From assembly GCA_037446135.1 (NCBI GenBank), contig JBBIJD010000049.1:1-12814 (forward strand): a stretch of 12,814 bases of DNA, written 5' to 3'. This stretch comes from Candidatus Fraserbacteria bacterium. Lineage in GTDB: Bacteria > Bipolaricaulota > Bipolaricaulia > RBG-16-55-9 > JANLFV01. The notes beneath the pieces were generated by a model that worked only from the letters and a program-made list of their open reading frames with translations, was not told the origin of the DNA and did not search any database. The translations under genes were made by a program, and so were the position numbers. Every line of letters begins with the position of its first letter. Position 1 is the stretch's first letter. This document shows positions 7,818 to 12,814 of this stretch, in pieces.

Positions 7818-9361
7818 TCCCTGGCAAGCTCATCGAGCTCGAGGAACAGCGGGCGGAGGGCTTCGTAGAGCTGGCGGTATAGCGCATACCAACGGTCATA
7901 TGCGGCGTGGCGCTCGGGATGGGCGAGCACCGGTTCGCTATAACGGATCCACTCCCGAATCGTTTCGTAGCGATCAACTAGCTTGGTGGCGAGTCCGACC
8001 AGCAGCGCGTCGGCTAGCGGGGCCTCGATCCCCCCGGTGGCCGGGGTGCGGATGGCGCGGCCGGTGATGTCGGCGATGATGGACAGCCACAGCGGGGACT
8101 TTGCCACCCCGCCGACCACCACAGTCTCCCCGCTCATGGGGAGGCCGATCTGCTCCCCGACCTCGATGGCGTGGCGTAAGGCGAATCCAGCGGCCTCGAG
8201 CAAGGCCCGGAAGAGGTGGCCTTTGGTGTGAGAGAGAGTGAGCCCGACCCAGGCACCGCGCGCACTCGGGTCCCAGAGGGGGGCCCGCTCGCCCATAAAA
8301 TACGGTAACGCCAGAAGCCCCTCACAACCGGGTGGAACGGCCTGCGCCAGGTCATCAAGGAACTGGTAAGGATCTTTGCCCCCCTCGATCCCACGGGCGA
8401 CCTCGTCCTGGCCCAGCTCGTCCCGGAACCAACGGGCTAGCGCCCCGGAGGTCGCCGATCCGCCCCAGGTGTAGAACCTCTCGGTCGGTTCCACTACATG
8501 GGGCATAGAGACCAACTCCCGCGCGAATCCCTCGCCAGTGTGGATCACCCCCCAGCATGTCGAGGTGCCCATCATCGCCACATTGTCTCCCGCGGTGAAG
8601 GCCCCGGCAGCTAGGGTAGCCATGGGAGCGTCTACTCCGCCGGCCAGGACCGGTGTCCCCCGTGCCAGACCGGTTGAACGAGCCCCCTCCCCCGTGACCT
8701 CGCCAATCACCTCACCGGAGGCCACAATCTTCTGGGGCATGAGGTTAAGCGGGATGTCCAGGACCTGGGCCATTCCCTCAGACCATGTATGGGCTCTGAT
8801 ATCATACAATCCACCCAGGTTCCCGGCAGAGGAGTGATCGATGGCCACCTGGCCGGTTAGGCGAAGGTTGATGTAACAGTTGGGGGGCAGGAATAGGGAA
8901 ATCCTGCGCCAGTTGTCTGGCTCATGCCGCTTTATCCACAGGATCTTTGTGTATCCGAAATAGCTGTCCACCCAGTTTCCGGTGACCGCGAAAAGCCTCT
9001 CTAGATCCACGTTATCCTTGATCCACTCCACCTCAGCCGTGGCCCGGCGGTCCATCCAGATGATGCAAGGTCGAATCGGCTTTGCTTGAGCATCCAGTGG
9101 AATCCCACTGCCACCGTAAAGACCGCTTATACACACGCCGGCGACTCTTTTCGAGGATATCCCTGCCCTCGCTAGCAGGGCCTGGATTACCCTACAAACG
9201 GCTTGAAGCCACACATCCGGCCATTGCTCAGCCCACAACGGCTGGGGATGAAGTACCTCATACTCCTCGGCGGTCACGGCCACCACCTCACCGGACGGCC
9301 GTGCCAGCACGCCCTTAGCTGCTTGGGTGCCCACGTCAATCCCAAGCAAGTACTCCTTCAT
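7799..9361 (-). CDS. FGGY-family carbohydrate kinase (xylulokinase/ribulokinase-like)
   Basis: LLGIDVGTQ phosphate-1 motif, AEQWP, IWMDRRA, GGVD, GTS, LPYFMGERAPLWD, RALLE, VVGG. Start at ATG 9361 (MKEYLLG) with AGGAGG at 9378-9373; the track's TTG at 9385 lies upstream of that SD. Confidence 0.93.
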   Translation of the reverse strand: MKEYLLGIDVGTQAAKGVLARPSGEVVAVTAEEYEVLHPQPLWAEQWPDVWLQAVCRVIQALLARAGISSKRVAGVCISGLYGGSGIPLDAQAKPIRPCIIWMDRRATAEVEWIKDNVDLERLFAVTGNWVDSYFGYTKILWIKRHEPDNWRRISLFLPPNCYINLRLTGQVAIDHSSAGNLGGLYDIRAHTWSEGMAQVLDIPLNLMPQKIVASGEVIGEVTGEGARSTGLARGTPVLAGGVDAPMATLAAGAFTAGDNVAMMGTSTCWGVIHTGEGFARELVSMPHVVEPTERFYTWGGSATSGALARWFRDELGQDEVARGIEGGKDPYQFLDDLAQAVPPGCEGLLALPYFMGERAPLWDPSARGAWVGLTLSHTKGHLFRALLEAAGFALRHAIEVGEQIGLPMSGETVVVGGVAKSPLWLSIIADITGRAIRTPATGGIEAPLADALLVGLATKLVDRYETIREWIRYSEPVLAHPERHAAYDRWYALYRQLYEALRPLFLELDELARDQAKTR

Positions 9362-9629
9362 CTTCCCATCTTCCTCCTGTGCCAAGCGATCTTAGCTGAG
9401 CACCATAGTCCCATGCAATTAGGGGGGTTCACAGGACTGTGCTTTGTTGAGCAACTTTTCGGCTCCAACCTTCAGCTCTCTCATGATACTCCCCACCTGT
9501 CAAGCCGCGACGGCCCAGAGAGCCAGGGCCGAGGCTGCAGCCAAGCCAACCATTCGCTTGACGCTGACAGCCATGTCCCAAAGGGGTAGCGTCGGGCCAC
9601 TCCCTCTAGGCTAGGGGTGATCTGGTAAA

Positions 9630-10109
9630 TCACCCCCCTTCAAGATAATCATCCAGGACCAGGATCGCGATCCCCTCACTCTCCACCCTCTTTAGCCCCT
9701 CATCGTTCGTCAGGAAGGCCCTGGCTCCCTCCTTCAAAGCCGTGCTGAGCAGGAGGGCGTCCGGGGTCCGAAGCCCATACGACCCCCTAAGACGGGCTCC
9801 CTCCTTGGCGATCTCATAGTCCGGGGCCACGATGGTCGTGTGCGGTAGCCCTTGGAGGAACTGTTCGCAAGCTATGACCTGTTGCTTCTTCCCCAAAGCG
9901 AACGGCTTCACCAGGAGCTCCGTCACGGAGATAGTCGAGATCACACCGCTAAGATCGCCCTTGGCCAAGCGGGAGAAGACGAGCTCCGTCAGCTCCGCAT
10001 ATGGCATGAGGCCCTCGAGATGATAGATCAGGATGGAGCTGTCCAGTCCCACCCTCCCATGCCGGGCGAGCTCCGCGGCTAATCTCCCCTTCCCTTGCCC
10101 TTGGCCCAC
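9630..10109 (-). CDS. vapC: PIN-domain toxin (VapC family)
   Basis: Acidic PIN tetrad: GLDSSILIY, VTELL, LRTPDAL, FLTND; overlaps the upstream AbrB-type gene. Exact start uncertain. Confidence 0.9.
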   Translation of the reverse strand: MGQGQGKGRLAAELARHGRVGLDSSILIYHLEGLMPYAELTELVFSRLAKGDLSGVISTISVTELLVKPFALGKKQQVIACEQFLQGLPHTTIVAPDYEIAKEGARLRGSYGLRTPDALLLSTALKEGARAFLTNDEGLKRVESEGIAILVLDDYLEGG

Positions 10110-10345
10110 GATCCCCTCTCTCCCTCGAGGTATCGCTCGATCTCCTCCCTCGTCCGGCCCCAGGTCCCCTTGAGCATCCCCTTGGTGAGAGCAGCATACC
10201 GTTCCGGAGTGATGAGGACTGCCTGCCCCTCCTCCAAGGCCACGATTAGGGGATCGCCCTCTTTGAGGCCGAGGGCCTCACGGATCTCCTTCGGCAGGAC
10301 CATCTGACCCTTCCTCCCTAGTTTGACCATCTTCGCTTTAGTCAC
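10079..10345 (-). CDS. AbrB/MazE/SpoVT-family antitoxin
   Basis: VKLGRKGQMVLPKEIREALGLKEGD swapped-hairpin signature, C-terminal YLEGERGSW; GAGGTGA SD just before the GTG start; directly upstream of the PIN gene. Confidence 0.92.
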   Translation of the reverse strand: MTKAKMVKLGRKGQMVLPKEIREALGLKEGDPLIVALEEGQAVLITPERYAALTKGMLKGTWGRTREEIERYLEGERGSWAKGKGRGD

Positions 10346-10362
10346 TCTATGTCACCTCGGTC

Positions 10363-10373
10363 TGATAATATCA
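10363..10373 (-). promoter_or_regulatory. extended -10 (TGaTATTAT) coinciding with palindrome TGATA-n-TATCA; candidate promoter/operator of the AbrB-PIN operon
   Basis: Plus strand reads TGATAATATCA at 10363-10373, 17 bp upstream of the abrB-like start. Confidence 0.5.
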
Positions 10374-10406
10374 AGAAGGCCTGTATCCCAGCAACAGTTC
10401 AAACCA

Positions 10407-10583
10407 ATGTCGGGGAGCTATGCCTTAAGGAGGTTAGAGGACTCGCCTATTATAAAGGCTGTAGTGGTAACCGACTCTGTGCCGAGCCCCGAGAGCCAGA
10501 AGGCCGGGATCGTATCCGTGGCGGGTCTATTTGCAGATGCGATCGAAAGGATACATTCTGACAGATCCGTCAGCGAATGATTC
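10407..10583 (+). pseudogene. prs: 3' remnant of ribose-phosphate pyrophosphokinase (PRPP synthetase)
   Basis: Translation SGSYALRRLEDSPIIKAVVVTDSVPSPESQKAGIVSVAGLFADAIERIHSDRSVSE*F matches the Prs C-terminal pattern (SG.A..RL..S.I..VVVT(D/N)(T/S)IP...SVA.L.A.AI.RIH...SVS.LF), with TGA (10578-10580) where the conserved Leu belongs. The rest of the gene is absent. Confidence 0.8.
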
Positions 10584-10599
10584 ATGAGATCACCTAGGC

Positions 10600-11061
10600 T
10601 TAAGCCCGGGAGCCTCCTCCGGCTCCGGGGTTGACATCCGGCATCTTAAACCCCTCTTTAGGGAAATCATCATCGAAAGCGAAAGCGGTCCGAATCCCCC
10701 GCCGCTGCATGAGGACGAAGCTCACCCAATCGACCAAGCTGACTGAGTGGCCCCCCGAGGCCAGCAGGGTCTCCACAGCCGCTTGATGCAAGGCCTGGTC
10801 CACCCAGAGGATCTCCACCACTGGCAGGAGATCCTGATGGAGGGCCCGCACTGCCTCCAAGCCCAGCTGCCGCTGCACCAGCGCGAATGTCTCCACCAAC
10901 GCATAGTTATGGGTCAGGAGTGGATGCCCCCTCTCCAGGAGATGGGCCCAGATCTTGTCGGCCTCCGCATGGTTCTCGTCATCCCGGTCGAGCAGGGCGT
11001 AGAGGGCTGAGGTGTCCACGAAGACCGGCTCAAGACCCCTACCCCTCTCAGGCGTCTGCAT
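10600..11061 (-). CDS. vapC: PIN-domain toxin (VapC family)
   Basis: VFVDTSALYALLDRDDENH, ALVET, SLVDWVSFVLM, AFAFDDDF motifs. Start probably ATG 11061 (TTG 11033 is the alternative), not 11103. Confidence 0.92.
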   Translation of the reverse strand: MQTPERGRGLEPVFVDTSALYALLDRDDENHAEADKIWAHLLERGHPLLTHNYALVETFALVQRQLGLEAVRALHQDLLPVVEILWVDQALHQAAVETLLASGGHSVSLVDWVSFVLMQRRGIRTAFAFDDDFPKEGFKMPDVNPGAGGGSRA

Positions 11062-11296
11062 AGGCCCCTTCCAACTCGCGGTCGTGCTCCTCGGAGACGT
11101 CATGGGAGCCGGAGGCGAAGCGCCCGACCACTTCCAGCGCCCGGCGACGCAGCTCCCACCACTGTCCTTGTCGGCGGATCAAGTGCTCCTTAAGGGCCTC
11201 GCGGATGATCTCAGCCATCGAGACTCCTCGCTGAGCCGCCTCCTCCTTCAGCATCCGGACCTGCTCCTCCATTAACAAGACCTGGGTGCGATGCAT
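11048..11296 (-). CDS. ribbon-helix-helix (CopG-like) antitoxin
   Basis: RTQVLL beta ribbon then LKEEAAQRGVSMAEIIREAL; C-terminal G.F.SG..DVSEEHD tail common in VapB partners; AAGGAGGTG SD (11308-11300) indicates ATG 11296. Confidence 0.9.
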   Translation of the reverse strand: MHRTQVLLMEEQVRMLKEEAAQRGVSMAEIIREALKEHLIRRQGQWWELRRRALEVVGRFASGSHDVSEEHDRELEGAYADA

Positions 11297-11312
11297 AGTC
11301 ACCTCCTTCAGA

Positions 11313-11352
11313 ATTTTACAGCATTACACCATAAAATGCCATCATGCCATCA
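11313..11352 (-). promoter_or_regulatory. candidate promoter with tandem 8-bp repeats (RHH autoregulatory operator)
   Basis: Minus strand reads TGATGGCA TGATGGCA tt TTATGGTG TAATGCTG TAAAAT; -10-like TAAAAT at 11318-11313 just upstream of the SD. Confidence 0.55.
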
Positions 11353-11375
11353 CTGCCCCAGGCTGGGGACCGCGT

Positions 11376-11395
11376 GGCGCGCCACGTGGCGCGCC
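11376..11395. repeat. perfect 20-bp GC-rich palindrome
   Basis: GGCGCGCCACGTGGCGCGCC is its own reverse complement; it overlaps a second perfect 14-bp palindrome CGTGGCGCGCCACG (11373-11386). Confidence 0.85.
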
Positions 11396-11554
11396 TCCTG
11401 AGCTGCCTCAGGAGGTTTGAATCCACTCGATAGCCACGAGAAATCAAGCACTTTAAGGTGTGGATTAGTGCCAGCTTCCTGGACCGTCTAGTAACGCGCC
11501 CCTCACCCTGAAGGCTTCGACCGACTAGGAAGTCCTTCCTAACTGTCACTCCCC

Positions 11555-11677
11555 TTAGGGATCGGATTCCCTCCCCCATGTCTTGGAAGTCAGCCACTTC
11601 CTGACAATGGTCTGGTAAGCTAGTGAGGACCGGGCCAGCCGATTTGCCTGAGATAGAGATATGCCGTAGTATGCCAT
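11555..11677 (-). pseudogene. possible remnant of a BrnA/CopG-type antitoxin
   Basis: 40-aa ORF MAYYGISLSQANRLARSSLAYQTIVRKWLTSKTWGRESDP resembles the RLA...G(L/I).YQT(L/I)(I/V)R.WL C-terminal motif of that family; N-terminal half missing. Confidence 0.4.
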
Positions 11678-11679
11678 AG
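11644..11679 (+). promoter_or_regulatory. candidate promoter (TTGCCT-17-TAGTAT) overlapped by 10-bp tandem repeats
   Basis: TTGCCT 11644-11649, TAGTAT 11667-11672; TATGCCGTAG (11660-11669) and TATGCCATAG (11670-11679) are head-to-tail. Confidence 0.55.
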
Positions 11680-11714
11680 CACATAGTCAGATAAGGTCCG
11701 GCAAGGGGGTAAAG

Positions 11715-12032
11715 ATGGCCAAGACCACTGATGAAGGGAGGCGCGCCCCATGGCTCACCGTGGCCGAGGCCGCGGACTACCTCAGGGTCTCCCGAGATAC
11801 GATCTACCGCTGGGCCAGGGAGGGTAAGCTCACCCTCTATAAGCTGGGGAAGCTCACCAGGCTCAAGAGGAGCGAGCTGGACAGGCTCATCGCCCCTAAG
11901 GGTGCGGAGAAGGAGGAGGTGGACCCCTGGACTTCGCTCTCCCAAGAGGCCTTCTCCGATTGGGATAACCCTGAGGACGCCGTCTATGACCGCTGGGAGG
12001 AGCTCTATAGCCATGGCCTACGAGAGGGGTGA
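11715..12032 (+). CDS. excisionase-like (MerR-like HTH_17) DNA-binding protein with acidic C-terminal tail; probable antitoxin
   Basis: WLTVAEAADYLRVSRDTIYRWAREGKL...KLG...RLKRSELD signature; tail SLSQEAFSDWDNPEDAVYD; overlaps the PemK/MazF gene by 20 bp. Confidence 0.88.
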   Translation: MAKTTDEGRRAPWLTVAEAADYLRVSRDTIYRWAREGKLTLYKLGKLTRLKRSELDRLIAPKGAEKEEVDPWTSLSQEAFSDWDNPEDAVYDRWEELYSHGLREG

Positions 12033-12345
12033 TGTGGTCCTGGTCCCCTTCCCTTTCGCCGATGCCAGGGGAGCCAAGACCCGCCCGGCCCTGGTGGTGA
12101 ACGACCCCGAATATGAGGCCGAGACGGGGAACCTGATCATCGCCCAGATCACCTCCCAAGCGCCGAGGTTCTCCAGCGACTACACCCTGAAGGGCTGGAG
12201 GAGGGCCGGTTTGGTGAAGCCCTCGATCGTGAGGGTGAAGCTGGCGACTCTAGCTGCCTCGCTCGTCCGCTACCGGCCTGGGAGGGTCTCACCCGCCGAG
12301 CTGGCCGAGGTGGATAAGAGGCTCCGGGAAGTCTTAAGGCTATAG
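12013..12345 (+). CDS. PemK/MazF-family endoribonuclease toxin
   Basis: MAYERGDVVLVPFPFAD...KTRPALVV, IIAQITS, GLVKPSIVR motifs; 110 aa from ATG 12013 with GGAGG upstream (the track's 11731 start is an over-extension). Confidence 0.93.
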   Translation: MAYERGDVVLVPFPFADARGAKTRPALVVNDPEYEAETGNLIIAQITSQAPRFSSDYTLKGWRRAGLVKPSIVRVKLATLAASLVRYRPGRVSPAELAEVDKRLREVLRL

Positions 12346-12394
12346 ACTCCAAGCTTTACCAGACCAGCCAGGATCAGTCAGGAGGTGATATGGA

Positions 12395-12814
12395 ATGGGG
12401 TCCCAATCGGGATCAAGGTCCAAGCTCAGGCTGATCGGTTATCTCCGGGTCTCGACCGCAAGGCAGCGCGAGGGCTTCAGCTTAGAAGCCCAGAAGGAGG
12501 CGATCGAGCGGTATTGCCAGGCCCGGGGGTATGAGCTCTTGGCCATCGCGGAGGAGTCTGAGTCGGCGATCAAGACCAGGCCGGTCTTCCAGAGGGTGCG
12601 CGAGCAAGTCTTGAATGGGGAGGCCGAGGGGCTGATCGTGGCCAAGCTCGACAGGCTAGGGAGGTCAGTGAGGGACCTGGCCAACATCGCCGAGGAGCTC
12701 TCCCGCCAGGGGAAGCAGCTCATCTCCGTGGGGGATAACATCGACACCTCCACCTCGAACGGGAAGCTCCTCTTCCATATCTTGTCAGCGATCGCGGAAT
12801 ACGAGCGTGAGCTC
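12395..12814 (+). CDS. serine recombinase (resolvase/integrase catalytic domain), truncated by the window end
   Basis: Manual translation from ATG 12395 (SD AGGAGGTGA 12380-12388): MGSQSGSRSKLRLIGYLRVSTARQREGFSLEAQ...RPVF...VAKLDRLGRSVRDL...IDTSTSNGKLLFHILSAIAEYEREL; catalytic YxRVS and DRLGR motifs; open to the edge. Confidence 0.95.
   Translation, partial: MGSQSGSRSKLRLIGYLRVSTARQREGFSLEAQKEAIERYCQARGYELLAIAEESESAIKTRPVFQRVREQVLNGEAEGLIVAKLDRLGRSVRDLANIAEELSRQGKQLISVGDNIDTSTSNGKLLFHILSAIAEYEREL

Noticed and set aside
9483..9503. Minus-strand TTGACA...TATCAT as kinase promoter
   Set aside because: Spacer is only 9 bp; no -10 hexamer at 16-18 bp.
9544..9625. Integron attC-like start (GCCAACCATTCGCTTGACGCTGAC)
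   Set aside because: Does not match RYYYAAC fully, has no complementary GTTRRRY end, and no integron integrase is present in the window.
11731..12012. 94-aa N-terminal extension of the PemK toxin
   Set aside because: Overlaps the HTH gene in another frame and is low-complexity; the PemK fold begins at ATG 12013.
11316..12014. 232-aa minus-strand ORF
   Set aside because: Its first part is antisense to the well-supported HTH gene and the rest crosses promoter and palindrome DNA; no coherent domain.
1..12814. CRISPR array, tRNA, rRNA or IS transposase
   Set aside because: No regularly spaced 25-40 bp repeats, cloverleaf or rRNA signatures, or transposase motifs were seen.

Overview
GC-rich bacterial DNA with two distinct halves. 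(1) 212-9361 is a compact sugar or sugar-acid catabolic cluster. A sigma70-type promoter with an overlapping LacI-type palindrome precedes a LacI regulator, a DapA/NAL-family class I aldolase that is not a true DHDPS, a carbohydrate ABC binding protein, two permeases (no ATPase), a cytoplasmic Asp-box sialidase-like beta-propeller protein and an L-fucose/D-arabinose isomerase (FucI) family protein. A convergent FGGY kinase overlaps the 3' end. By inference, the enzyme set fits scavenging of a ulosonic acid such as Kdo (Kdo -> pyruvate + D-arabinose -> D-ribulose -> ribulose-5-P). This is the most interesting signal in the window. (2) 9630-12814 is an accessory region with three intact type II toxin-antitoxin pairs (AbrB/PIN, RHH/PIN, excisionase-like HTH/PemK-MazF), each with a candidate autoregulatory site. 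It also holds a decayed 3' fragment of prs, possible remnants of further TA genes, and a serine recombinase running off the right edge that the ORF track misses. All calls come from motif recognition by eye; no searches were run.
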